NCBI GenBank assembly: GCA_045863295.1
Contig: BTWA01000001.1
Span: 212,337-276,336, forward strand
From: Candidatus Hydrogenedentota bacterium
Lineage (GTDB): Bacteria > Hydrogenedentota > Hydrogenedentia > Hydrogenedentales > SLHB01
Direction of reading: 5' to 3'
DNA: 64,000 bases
The notes beneath the pieces are model-generated. The model saw nothing but the letters and a program-made list of their open reading frames with translations. It did no database searches and was not told the DNA's origin. Position numbers and translations under genes: made by a program. This document shows positions 40,126-49,900 of the stretch, one piece after another. Numbering within the stretch: the first letter of the stretch is position 1; the number at the start of each line of letters is the position of its first letter.

Positions 40126-42528
40126 GTGAAGAGAAACGTGAATCTGGCAATCAGGGCCGCTCTGGTGTGTGCTGTCGCCGTAGGATGCATCACCCCCGCG
40201 GAGGCCTTTTATCCCTTCGGCTTTTTCAACGCCACGACAGGTGGCGAACTTCAAATCATCAAATGGCCGCTTGGGACGTTGGATCGGAATGGCAACGGGG
40301 ATGTGGACGGACCCGATGACGGCATCCTGTTGAATTTCGAGACTGGCAATGGGACCGACGGGTTTGACTCCACGGAGATAGCGAAGTTTTTGTCGGGATT
40401 GGAGGAGTGGGAGTTTATTTCGACCGCCTACATGGCATTTACCCGCGGCCAAGACATCGTCGACATTCAATCGCCCGCGATCGATCTATTTAACACGGTT
40501 ACGTTCGAATCGGCCGACGATGTTGATGGCGGATCGAGTGTGACCGGCGGCAGCTACGGCGTTACGGTAGTTTCCAACACCTTCGAGGACACCTTCTTCA
40601 CCGTTGGCAACATTACGTTTCCCATCTCGAGCGGGAAGATCATCGAAGCCGACAACATTGTGGCGGCAGTCGCGCGCGAGACCGAAAATACCGAATTCGA
40701 ATTCTTGAAGGGTCTGGGCGTCATTATGGGCGGCACCACAATCGGAATCGGATATAGTCCGCTCGACAACATCGATCCGACGCTCACGGTGAACGCGGGC
40801 CGCAACATTGAACTGCGCGTAGCAACGCTTCCCAATTTCCAGGGGCTGTTTCAGAATGTTGGCGTTACTTCCAGCATGTTGAACGATTTTTGCTTCTACG
40901 ATGACGGGAACAACATCTATATCGATTCCCACCAGGACGTTAGCCCTGACGACATTGCCGCGGTTACGTTTATGTACCCGCGCGCCAATGTTGACTTGCT
41001 TTTTTCGATCGAACAGCGCGCGCGCACTTATGCCATTGACGGATTTCCTTCGTTGCCGATAGCGGGCGGCCATATACTCGCGTGGTGCGATGCGGACAAC
41101 AATCCGGCGACGGCGCGGGTGCCTTGGATCGATACGTTGTCCGGGTTGTATTTTTCCGGCGACAACGATTCCTACCGCGGCCACTTTTCGCTGCATGGGC
41201 TGTTCAAGCAGGTGACGCTGGGCACCGGATTCGTGCCCACGCAAACGTACACGCCGACGTATGTGGTGAGCAATGAGGAATTTGATCCCATTGTATTCGG
41301 CGGCGACGAGCGCACGGTTTACGATACTACGCACGGCGGATTTAACGGGAATCCGCAATCCTATACCGGCCACGGTTTCGACAGCGGTTTCACGTCCGAA
41401 GTATTCAATGAAAATGGGAATCGTGTTGGCAATCTTGCGCAGAATCTTGGAGCGGGCACTCCGCTTGTCTATGACTTGACGCGCCGTTACGTGGTAAGCA
41501 CGGACAGCAACAAGAGTCTGGACACGATTCTTGCGCTGGGCCGTCCGATGTTCGGGACGGAAAGCAAGATTTGTCCGCTCAACGTTGCGGTTGCGGGTAT
41601 GGTTGGTCCCCGGTCGCACGAGACGGTCAATTTGCTGCGCGCGTTTCGCGACGATGTTCTGTTGAAGACGGGCGTTGGAGCATCGATGGTGGATGGGTAT
41701 TACCGGATGTCCCCCGCGATGGCCGCGTATCTTGTCGATCATCCGAATGTGTTGGCGGTGGTGCGGCTGGGAATTGGCGTGAGCAACTGGGTCATCGCGT
41801 ATGCGGAATGGATTCTGGCGATGACCGCGGGGCTGATGATCGTCTCCTTGTTGCGCCGTGCAAATCGCCGCCGTTTGGCTCGCGCGTCGGCCGCGGTTGC
41901 GGTGGCCCTGGGCGTTGCGGGTTCGGCAAATGCGATGCTGCTTCCGATGGACATTACGGACTATACGAAAGTGACGACGGACGTGGTTCAGGGCACGGTT
42001 TGTTCCGTGGAGAGCCGGTGGGCCGACGGCGGTACGCAGATTGTGACGGATGTTTCGATCCGGGTGGACGATGTGGTGAAAGGCCGTAGCAACAAGGGCA
42101 GCCAGTTACACATTCAGTTGCCGACGGGTCGCGTGGGTGCGATTGGGCGGACGTCGCCCAGTCTTCCTGAATTCAAGAAGGACGAGGAAGTTTTGCTGTT
42201 TCTGGATTGCCAGCCGAACGGCAACTATATGGTTTATGCGGGTATCGCGGGCAAGTATCTGGTGACGGAACTGGAAGGGCGCGAAGGCAAGTATGTGACG
42301 GCCGAGACGTTTGCGGCGCAGCGCCGGTTGTTCGCGGAGGCCGAGAAGATCTACCCGGAAGCGAAAGAGGCGCGGCTGGCGCGCGGCGAACGCGCCCCGA
42401 TGACGCGGCCGGTTTATGTGCCGTTGGACGCGCTGAAGGAGCACCTTCGCGAGATTGTGAACGAGTCTGACGAAGCGGGCACGACCGAATCCGCCAAAGC
42501 GCCGGAGACGGTTGCTTCGCTTCGATAA
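40126..42528 (+). CDS. Exported multidomain protein: matrixin-like domain, internal CFI-box-like domain, second signal-like helix, C-terminal beta domain
   Basis: GTG after GAGGAG; signal ending AEA; IIEADNI, SSML, VSPDDIAAVTFMYP; LRAFRDDVLLKTGVG..VDGYYRMSP. Confidence 0.8.
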   Translation: MKRNVNLAIRAALVCAVAVGCITPAEAFYPFGFFNATTGGELQIIKWPLGTLDRNGNGDVDGPDDGILLNFETGNGTDGFDSTEIAKFLSGLEEWEFISTAYMAFTRGQDIVDIQSPAIDLFNTVTFESADDVDGGSSVTGGSYGVTVVSNTFEDTFFTVGNITFPISSGKIIEADNIVAAVARETENTEFEFLKGLGVIMGGTTIGIGYSPLDNIDPTLTVNAGRNIELRVATLPNFQGLFQNVGVTSSMLNDFCFYDDGNNIYIDSHQDVSPDDIAAVTFMYPRANVDLLFSIEQRARTYAIDGFPSLPIAGGHILAWCDADNNPATARVPWIDTLSGLYFSGDNDSYRGHFSLHGLFKQVTLGTGFVPTQTYTPTYVVSNEEFDPIVFGGDERTVYDTTHGGFNGNPQSYTGHGFDSGFTSEVFNENGNRVGNLAQNLGAGTPLVYDLTRRYVVSTDSNKSLDTILALGRPMFGTESKICPLNVAVAGMVGPRSHETVNLLRAFRDDVLLKTGVGASMVDGYYRMSPAMAAYLVDHPNVLAVVRLGIGVSNWVIAYAEWILAMTAGLMIVSLLRRANRRRLARASAAVAVALGVAGSANAMLLPMDITDYTKVTTDVVQGTVCSVESRWADGGTQIVTDVSIRVDDVVKGRSNKGSQLHIQLPTGRVGAIGRTSPSLPEFKKDEEVLLFLDCQPNGNYMVYAGIAGKYLVTELEGREGKYVTAETFAAQRRLFAEAEKIYPEAKEARLARGERAPMTRPVYVPLDALKEHLREIVNESDEAGTTESAKAPETVASLR

Positions 42529-42557
42529 TCCGAGATTTTTGAATTTCCGCCGCATTT

Positions 42558-42583
42558 CCCGCCCTTGGGGCGGGTTTTTTATT
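42558..42583 (+). terminator. Intrinsic terminator
   Basis: CCCGCCC-TTG-GGGCGGG then TTTTTTATT. Confidence 0.8.
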
Positions 42584-43134
42584 GTTCACGGGGTGACTGG
42601 CTTGGTTTTTTGGGCGAACCCGGATGTTTCACGACAATGTGGGAATACCTGTGTATCTGGCGTCTTGGCCGAGCCCTGTCCAGACCAAAGTTGGGACCCT
42701 GTGCCTGTGAAATATCCTTCGCGGATGAAGCGTGCGCTATCCTGTGTGAGCATTTTCCATCGCGCACGGCACACGCGCGGTGAAAGATGCGGGCTAAGTT
42801 GAAGTGGCTCAGAAACTTGCGAATCTGGGTGGGGTTTGGCATCATACTTCGCGCCCCGAGTGGCTTGTGGGTTACAGTGGGTGGTCCGTCAACCTTTCCG
42901 TGTTGACCGTCGTTTCCGTTTGGGCCAAGGCCTGCCTTGCACCTTCTGGATTGGTGCATTGACGGCAGGCCGGGGCTGGAAGGGATTCCGGCCGTGGTCC
43001 CGATGGACCTGATTGGGCCGAGTTGGTGTTGAACAACGGGATGAACCGATCCCTCGCCCTGGCTGGTCCAACCCATTAAACACAACGGTCCGCCAATCCA
43101 GAACGTTGACGTATCCTGGCATTACGGAGTGGTT

Positions 43135-44064
43135 ATGGTTCGCGGATTACTAATCAGACAGTCTTTCATGGCGCTGGATCTGGCGTTGGCGATCCTTGCG
43201 GCGGTGGTGCTATTCATGGTGACCGGCAAGCTGCTGGACAACGGACGGTTGTCTCCGGTTGACGCGACGGTGGATGAGGCATCGGCGGCGTATGAAGTGC
43301 CTATCTGGCAGGTTGGCGAACGTCCCGCTTACGACGGAATCGTGACCCAGGGATTGTTTGGGGATGCGGGCCGGACAGCGCAGAAAGATGCTCCGGCGGC
43401 ACCGCCGCCCGAGCCGACGGTGGACGTCGCACCGAGCACGTTGAAGCTTTTCGGCGCGGGCGGAGCTTCGCCGGAAGATCCGTTGGGTTTTGCCATTATC
43501 GAGAATGCGGCTGCGCGCACGCCGGAGGAGCGTTTGCAGACGTATTTTATCGGGCAGGAAGTGATGCCTCAGCTCAAGCTGCTGGAGGTGTATCACCGGA
43601 AGGTGATCCTGTTTGACGAGACGAAGAATCAGAAGCAGGAGTTGTCGATGGAAGGGGTGGGCAGCGGTCCTTCGGCCGCGACTGCGTTGGCGGCGAGCGG
43701 CCAGCCCGGGGCGCCCGCGGGAGCGGAGTTTACGCCGGGGATGGCTGTGTTGAGCAAGAACGAGGCGATGGCCGAGTTGAGCAAGTACGATTACAATCAG
43801 TTGATGAGCACGTTGAATCCGCAGATGCATACGGATGAGAACGGCAAGATCAATGGCATTACATCGGACAACATCAATGCGATTCCGTTGGCGCGGCGGA
43901 TCGGGCTGCAGAACGGGGACGTGATACAGTCCGTGAACGGGGTGAACATCGACAGCGAAGAGCGTCTGATCGAGATCTTTACCCGGTTTCAGAATTCCGA
44001 CAGTTTCCGGCTCGATGTGAATCGCGGCGGCCGATCGCAGAACGTTTCGTTTCGCTTGAACTGA
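43135..44064 (+). CDS. gspC: T2SS protein GspC with C-terminal PDZ
   Basis: N-terminal TM, LF motif, LKLFG..AII HR domain, GLQNGDVIQSVNG PDZ; first gene of the operon (alternative GTG 43129). Confidence 0.82.
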   Translation: MVRGLLIRQSFMALDLALAILAAVVLFMVTGKLLDNGRLSPVDATVDEASAAYEVPIWQVGERPAYDGIVTQGLFGDAGRTAQKDAPAAPPPEPTVDVAPSTLKLFGAGGASPEDPLGFAIIENAAARTPEERLQTYFIGQEVMPQLKLLEVYHRKVILFDETKNQKQELSMEGVGSGPSAATALAASGQPGAPAGAEFTPGMAVLSKNEAMAELSKYDYNQLMSTLNPQMHTDENGKINGITSDNINAIPLARRIGLQNGDVIQSVNGVNIDSEERLIEIFTRFQNSDSFRLDVNRGGRSQNVSFRLN

Positions 44065-44126
44065 TTGGCGCGTCGGCGAATCGCGATTGAGCAAAACGCA
44101 AGGCAGGCAACAGGGGAGTAGCGGCG

Positions 44127-46805
44127 TTGTTGAAGGGGACTCGGACAGCGATAGTCGTGGTGTTTTCGACGACGGGCCTTTGGGCCTGGGCGAGCCCGGC
44201 GCAGATGATTTCGAACCGGGCCGCGCGCACGGCGAACGCGCCGATCGAGGCGGAACTCACCGCCAACCCGGAAGCCGTGGAAGCATTGCGCCAACAGAAC
44301 CAGTACGTTCCGAACCGGGGCCAGGGCGAATTGAAGCAATTGGCCCAAGGCGAGGCGGAAGCGCCGCAGCCCGATCCGAACGCGGTGATAGAGGCGAATG
44401 TGGAGCCGGCTCCCGATCCGAATGCGGAAGCGCCACCGCCGCCGCCGGAACCTTCAGGCATTCAGCCGGTGATTCCTGTGCGGCCGGCGCAGCCGGGGCC
44501 TCCGAATCGGGGTATTCGCGTGCCTTCTTCGGTGCCAGGCGGCCCGGCGGGCGCGCCTCCACCGGCACCGGGCGGCGAGGTGAAGATTACGGAGGGCGCG
44601 GACACGGTTTCGTTGGGCAACACGACGACCGAGCCGTTGCGCAACGACGGCGAACCGCAGGACAAGCCGCTGTATCTCGATTTCAACAATGCGCAATTGA
44701 GCGACGTGATTGAATCGATTGGGCGCATGTTGGGGAAGAATTTCGATATCGATCCGACGGTGGGTCAGCAGCCGGTGACCATTATTTCTCATCAGCGCAT
44801 TCCCGCGGAGTTGTTGTTGAATGTGCTTGAATCCATTTTGACGACGCGCGGCGCGCAGTTGGTGGAGAAGGCGGACGGCTACCTGATTCAAGTGAGGCCC
44901 GTGGGCGAAGACGCGGAGCACCACAAGTTCATTCACGAATCCACTTCGCTACCTGATGGCGACGACGGCAATTACTGGCACATTGTGCAGGTTCAGCATC
45001 AGCGTGCCGAGGAATTGGCGACGATCATCAGCAAGCTGGGATCGAAGTTTGCCACGGCGGATGTGTACGGCAAGACCAACACGTTGATTTTGCACGACAA
45101 CGCGGACGGCATCCGGAACATGCTGATGTTTTTGGAGAAGGTGGATCTGCCCGGGTACAACGAAGTGTTGGAGTATGTGCCGCTGGAATTTGCGCGCGCG
45201 GAAGTTGTGGCGACGCAGTTGCAGGAGATTCTGGTGTCGGCCTCCGGGGAGGCGGCGCCCGCGCCGACGGTTCCCGGGCAGCCGGTGCGTCCGCAGATTG
45301 TGCGGCCGACGACGGCGGGCGGGCGGAACATTGCGAACATCCCGCAGCAGAAGAATCAGACTATTGTTTCGGGCGATCCGTTGTCGATGCAGATTGTGCC
45401 TGACGAGCGGTTAAATGCGTTGATCATCAAGGCCTCCGAGCCGTTGGTGGAAGAGATTTACCGGCTTATTGAGAAGCTTGATCAACCGACTCCGCCGGAT
45501 GCGAATAACATGCATGTGGTGCATCTTCAATATGCGCGCGCGGAAGACGTGGAGGCGGCGCTGGGGGCGCTGCTCGGATCATCGCCGAGGCCGACCGGTG
45601 GCGGCGGTGGCGGCGGCGGCGGCGGTGCAGGCGGCGGGGGAGCCGGCGGTGGGGGCGGCGGTGCCGTGTCGTCGGGCGAAGTGCAGATTTTTGAAAAGAA
45701 CGTAACGATTACGCAGTTCGAGTCGACCAACTCGTTGATCATCATTGCTTCGCCCCAGGATTACGCGGTGATTCAGCAGGTGATCAGCAACATTGACATG
45801 CCGAAGCGGCAAGTGCATGTGGAGGCGGTCATTCTGGAAGTGGGCATCAATGACCGTTACCGGTTGTCGGTGGAAGCGGCGGAATTGACGGCGAACGACT
45901 ATTTCGCGTTGAACAACATTGTGAGTCTGGCCAACGTGCTGAACGATGGACCGCTTGCGGCCACGGAAGGCACGGATTCGCCGGTGTTTGCGGGCGGTAT
46001 AATTGACGGAACCACGGAGATTTCCATTCCCGACGGTGCGGGCGGATTCATCACGGAAGAAGTGCCCAATGTGCCGTTTTTGATGACGGCCTTGGAGAAC
46101 CTGACGGCGTTGGATGTGTTGTCGCGTCCGAGCGTGCTGATTGTGGATAACGAAGAGGCGAACATCGTGGTGGGTCAACAGGTGCCGTTTATCAGCGGCA
46201 ACCAGCGTTCGCTTGGCGACAGCGGCGGCACCAACGCGTTTGTGTTCAATACGATTCAGCGCGAGGACGTGGGTATCAAGATGAAGGTAACTCCGCAGAT
46301 CAGCGAGGGCGACTATGTGCTGATGGAGTTGGAGGTTGAGGTGTCGTCCACCGTGCCGAGCGACGTGGGTCTGGATCCGAACCTGGTGGGTCCGACGGTG
46401 CAATTGTCGCAGGTGACGAACCAGTTGGTGATCAAAGACGGCGCCACGGGCATTGTGGGCGGTTTGATTAGCGAGACGACGGACCGTTCGCGCCGGCAGA
46501 CGCCGGTTCTTGGCGATGTGCCGGTATTGGGTTGGCTGTTCAAGCGCAAGGACGATGTGCGGCGCAAGCGGAATTTGGTGGTGTTGGTGACGCCTCATAT
46601 TCTCAAGGAATACATCGATACGGAACGGCGGACGGAAATTCAGTTGGAAGAGATGCGCGAAGCGAACATGGACGTGTTTTTCGAAAAGGGCATCATCAAG
46701 AAGGTGCAGAAGAAGCACGACATGCGCAAGAATTTCCGGCCGACGATGACGGAAATCGATTCGATACAAAAGGAGCGCTTCACCGGTGCCAATCAGCCGC
46801 AGTAA
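44127..46805 (+). CDS. gspD: T2SS secretin GspD
   Basis: LDFNNAQL N0 domain, PDERLNALII, QVHVEAVILEV, DVGIKMKVTPQI, PVLGDVPVLGWLF. Confidence 0.95.
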   Translation: MLKGTRTAIVVVFSTTGLWAWASPAQMISNRAARTANAPIEAELTANPEAVEALRQQNQYVPNRGQGELKQLAQGEAEAPQPDPNAVIEANVEPAPDPNAEAPPPPPEPSGIQPVIPVRPAQPGPPNRGIRVPSSVPGGPAGAPPPAPGGEVKITEGADTVSLGNTTTEPLRNDGEPQDKPLYLDFNNAQLSDVIESIGRMLGKNFDIDPTVGQQPVTIISHQRIPAELLLNVLESILTTRGAQLVEKADGYLIQVRPVGEDAEHHKFIHESTSLPDGDDGNYWHIVQVQHQRAEELATIISKLGSKFATADVYGKTNTLILHDNADGIRNMLMFLEKVDLPGYNEVLEYVPLEFARAEVVATQLQEILVSASGEAAPAPTVPGQPVRPQIVRPTTAGGRNIANIPQQKNQTIVSGDPLSMQIVPDERLNALIIKASEPLVEEIYRLIEKLDQPTPPDANNMHVVHLQYARAEDVEAALGALLGSSPRPTGGGGGGGGGGAGGGGAGGGGGGAVSSGEVQIFEKNVTITQFESTNSLIIIASPQDYAVIQQVISNIDMPKRQVHVEAVILEVGINDRYRLSVEAAELTANDYFALNNIVSLANVLNDGPLAATEGTDSPVFAGGIIDGTTEISIPDGAGGFITEEVPNVPFLMTALENLTALDVLSRPSVLIVDNEEANIVVGQQVPFISGNQRSLGDSGGTNAFVFNTIQREDVGIKMKVTPQISEGDYVLMELEVEVSSTVPSDVGLDPNLVGPTVQLSQVTNQLVIKDGATGIVGGLISETTDRSRRQTPVLGDVPVLGWLFKRKDDVRRKRNLVVLVTPHILKEYIDTERRTEIQLEEMREANMDVFFEKGIIKKVQKKHDMRKNFRPTMTEIDSIQKERFTGANQPQ

Positions 46806-46837
46806 CCGCGCCGGGACTTGTCCGGGAGACACTGGTC

Positions 46838-48577
46838 ATGCTGGCTAGCGCACGAGGCACGCTGTTGGGCGAGATCTTGTTCCGCTTGGGGCATGTTCAT
46901 GCGGAGCAGATCGACGAAGCGCTTGAGTTGCAGCGTATCCGGCCGAAGCGCATTGGCGAGATTCTGACCGATCTGGGTTATGTCGAGGAAGACCATGTCC
47001 TGGAGGCGTTGAGCGAGCAGTTTGGCATCCCTTTCGACAACGACGTGAAGAACACGATCGATTCTTCGCTGACGACGAAAGTGCCGATTAATTTCATTCG
47101 CGAATACCAGATGGTGCCGTACAAGCGCAACGGCGCGTGCATCTACGTGGCGATACACGATCCGATGAACCTGCTTCCCCTGGAGGACCTGCGGCTGCTT
47201 CTGGACAGCCCGGTTCAGCCGGTGCTTTGCCGGAAAGAGGCCATTCAGAGCGTGCTCGATTCGTATTTCGATCAGCAGGGCGAGAATGCGGGCGATATGA
47301 TCGACAACATCGTGCTCACGGGCGATGAGGACAGCGACGTGCCGACGCTGGAAGATCTTTCCACGGACCGCGACCTGCTGGATCTTGCAAACGAAGCGCC
47401 TATCATCAAATTAATCAACCTGTTGATTTCCGGGGCCGTGCGCGAGCGGGCGTCGGATATTCACATCGAGCCGTTTGAGCGCGAGGTTCGCGTGCGGTAC
47501 CGGATCGACGGTGTGTTGTACGAGAAGTACTCCGTGCCGAAGTCGCAGCAGGCGGCCATTGTCTCCCGCGTCAAGATCATGGCGAACTTGAATATTGCGG
47601 AGCACCGGCTTCCGCAGGACGGGCGCATCAAGATCCGGCTGAGCGGCAAGGAGATCGACATTCGCGTGTCGATCATTCCGATTGCACACGGCGAGCGTGT
47701 CGTGATGCGCATTTTGGAGAAGGGCACGTTTCTGATTGGGTTGGAAGAATTGGGCATGGATGCCCACGATTACAACCAGATCGACAAGTTGATTCGCAGT
47801 TCTCACGGTATACTTCTGGTGACGGGCCCGACGGGATCTGGAAAATCGACGACGCTGTATGCGTCGTTGCAGCGGGTGAATTCGCCGGACAAAAACATCA
47901 TAACCGTGGAAGATCCGATTGAATACCAGATGACGGGGATAGGGCAGATCCAGGTGCGGCCCAAGATCGGGCTGACGTTCGCGGCCGGGTTGCGGAGCAT
48001 TCTTCGCCAGGACCCGGATGTGATTCTGGTTGGCGAAATCCGCGATTTGGAGACGGCCGACATGGCCATTCAGGCATCGTTGACCGGGCACCTGGTGTTT
48101 TCCACGTTGCATACCAACGACAGTGCGGGCGCGATAACGCGGCTTGTGAACATGGGTATTGAACCGTTTTTGGTGACTTCGTCGACGATTGCGATATTGG
48201 CGCAACGGTTGGTTCGCCGCATATGTCCGAGTTGCCGCGAGGAATATACGCCGGAACCGGAGAGCCTGATCGAACTTGGCGTTCCTCCGCACAAGGTTGT
48301 GGGGTTGAGCGCGTTTCGGGGCACGGGATGCGACAAGTGCCAAGGCCGGGGCTATTTTGGGCGAACGGGGATATTTGAGTTGTTGGTGATGACGCCCGAG
48401 GTGCAGGAAATGACCCTGAAAGGGTACGACTCCAACCTGATCAAGAAGGAGGCCCGCAAGCAGGGCATGCGCACATTGCGCGAAGACGGCGCGGTCAAAG
48501 TGTTTAACGGACACTCCACCATCGAGGAAGTCATGCGCGTGACGCGCGACGATATTCTGATGGAATTGGTGGATTAG
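46838..48577 (+). CDS. gspE: T2SS ATPase GspE
   Basis: ASDIHIEP, RLPQDGRI, GPTGSGKST, LRQDPD, STLHTND, CPSC..CDKC; between gspD and gspF. Confidence 0.94.
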   Translation: MLASARGTLLGEILFRLGHVHAEQIDEALELQRIRPKRIGEILTDLGYVEEDHVLEALSEQFGIPFDNDVKNTIDSSLTTKVPINFIREYQMVPYKRNGACIYVAIHDPMNLLPLEDLRLLLDSPVQPVLCRKEAIQSVLDSYFDQQGENAGDMIDNIVLTGDEDSDVPTLEDLSTDRDLLDLANEAPIIKLINLLISGAVRERASDIHIEPFEREVRVRYRIDGVLYEKYSVPKSQQAAIVSRVKIMANLNIAEHRLPQDGRIKIRLSGKEIDIRVSIIPIAHGERVVMRILEKGTFLIGLEELGMDAHDYNQIDKLIRSSHGILLVTGPTGSGKSTTLYASLQRVNSPDKNIITVEDPIEYQMTGIGQIQVRPKIGLTFAAGLRSILRQDPDVILVGEIRDLETADMAIQASLTGHLVFSTLHTNDSAGAITRLVNMGIEPFLVTSSTIAILAQRLVRRICPSCREEYTPEPESLIELGVPPHKVVGLSAFRGTGCDKCQGRGYFGRTGIFELLVMTPEVQEMTLKGYDSNLIKKEARKQGMRTLREDGAVKVFNGHSTIEEVMRVTRDDILMELVD

Positions 48578-48592
48578 CGGGGCTCACAGGCC

Positions 48593-49819
48593 ATGGCGGT
48601 TTTCGAATACCAGGCGCTCGCGAAGAACGGCAAGACCGTGAAAGGGATCATCGATGCCGATTCTCCCGTCGCGGCGCGCCGCAAATTGCGCGATCAGGAG
48701 CTTTTTCCGACGCAGTTGATCGAGACGTTTGCGAAGGGCGGCGCGGAAGCGCAGGCGCAGGAGAAGGGCGGTAGCGTCTTTACGCGCGTGTCGCAGCGCG
48801 ATATTGCGATGATGACGCGTCAGGTAGCGGTTCTGTTGCAGGCGGGGATGCCGCTGGTGGAAGCGATGAGCGCGTTGATGCAGCAAACGTCCAACTCGCG
48901 GCTGCGGAAGATCATCTTCGATGCGCGCGATCGGGTGAACGAAGGCGTCACGTTGGCGGATGCGCTGGAACCGCACAAGCGCGTGTTCAGCGAGCTTTAC
49001 CGGAACATGGTCCGGGCGGGCGAGCAGAGCGGTGCGTTGGAGCAGGTGTTGTTCCGTCTCGCGGACATTACCGAACGTCAGGTGAAGCTGAAGAACAAAG
49101 TGACTTCGCTGCTGGCGTATCCGATTCTCATGCTGCTGGTGGGTTTGGGTGTGATTGTTTTCCTGATGATGGTGATTGTGCCCAAGATCACCGAGATATT
49201 CGCCAAGCAGAAGCAGGAATTGCCTTTCGTCACGAAGGCGTTGATAGGAACGTGCAACTTTATCGGCGATTGGTGGTTTGTGATTTTGCTTGCGATCGCG
49301 GCGGCGTTCGTTGCGTGGCGGATTTGGGTATCGAAAGATGCCGGCCGCAGACGCTGGGATCGGATCAAGCTCCGGCTGCCGCTCTTCGGACCGCTGTACA
49401 TCAAGATGATTTGCGTACGATTCGCACGCACGCTGGGCACGATGCTTGAAAGCGGCCTGGTCATGATCAAGGCGCTCGAAGTGGTGAAGACGGTCGTCCA
49501 GAACCGGGTCATTGAAGAAGGCATGGACGAAGTGAAGAGCAGCGTTCGGCGCGGGCGGGATTTGTCGATTCCGTTGAAGGAAATGGGCCATTTCCCGCCG
49601 ATGTTGATACACATGGTGGAATTGGGCGAGCGCAGCGGCGAAATGGAGTCCATGCTTATCAAGGTGGCGGAGACCTACGAGGAAGATGTGGAATTGACGA
49701 TCAACGGGCTGGTGAGCCTGTTGGAGCCTGTCATCATCCTTGTAATGGGTTTATTTGTCGGGTTTTTGGTGATGTCGATCCTGATGCCCATCCTCAGCAT
49801 GGGCAGCGGGATGCGATAA
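48593..49819 (+). CDS. gspF: T2SS platform protein GspF
   Basis: MAVFEYQAL, AGEQSGAL, AYP, GERSG, LLEP. Confidence 0.94.
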   Translation: MAVFEYQALAKNGKTVKGIIDADSPVAARRKLRDQELFPTQLIETFAKGGAEAQAQEKGGSVFTRVSQRDIAMMTRQVAVLLQAGMPLVEAMSALMQQTSNSRLRKIIFDARDRVNEGVTLADALEPHKRVFSELYRNMVRAGEQSGALEQVLFRLADITERQVKLKNKVTSLLAYPILMLLVGLGVIVFLMMVIVPKITEIFAKQKQELPFVTKALIGTCNFIGDWWFVILLAIAAAFVAWRIWVSKDAGRRRWDRIKLRLPLFGPLYIKMICVRFARTLGTMLESGLVMIKALEVVKTVVQNRVIEEGMDEVKSSVRRGRDLSIPLKEMGHFPPMLIHMVELGERSGEMESMLIKVAETYEEDVELTINGLVSLLEPVIILVMGLFVGFLVMSILMPILSMGSGMR

Positions 49820-49900
49820 TACGAGTAGAGCGAAGTATTCCGGCGTTTCCGGATAGTACGCCCGGATGCCGGTGGACAGGACAACAAGGAGAGCCGTGCC

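Noticed and set aside
45597..45664. Poly-Gly tract in GspD
   Set aside because: Gly/Ser-rich N3 loops are common in secretins
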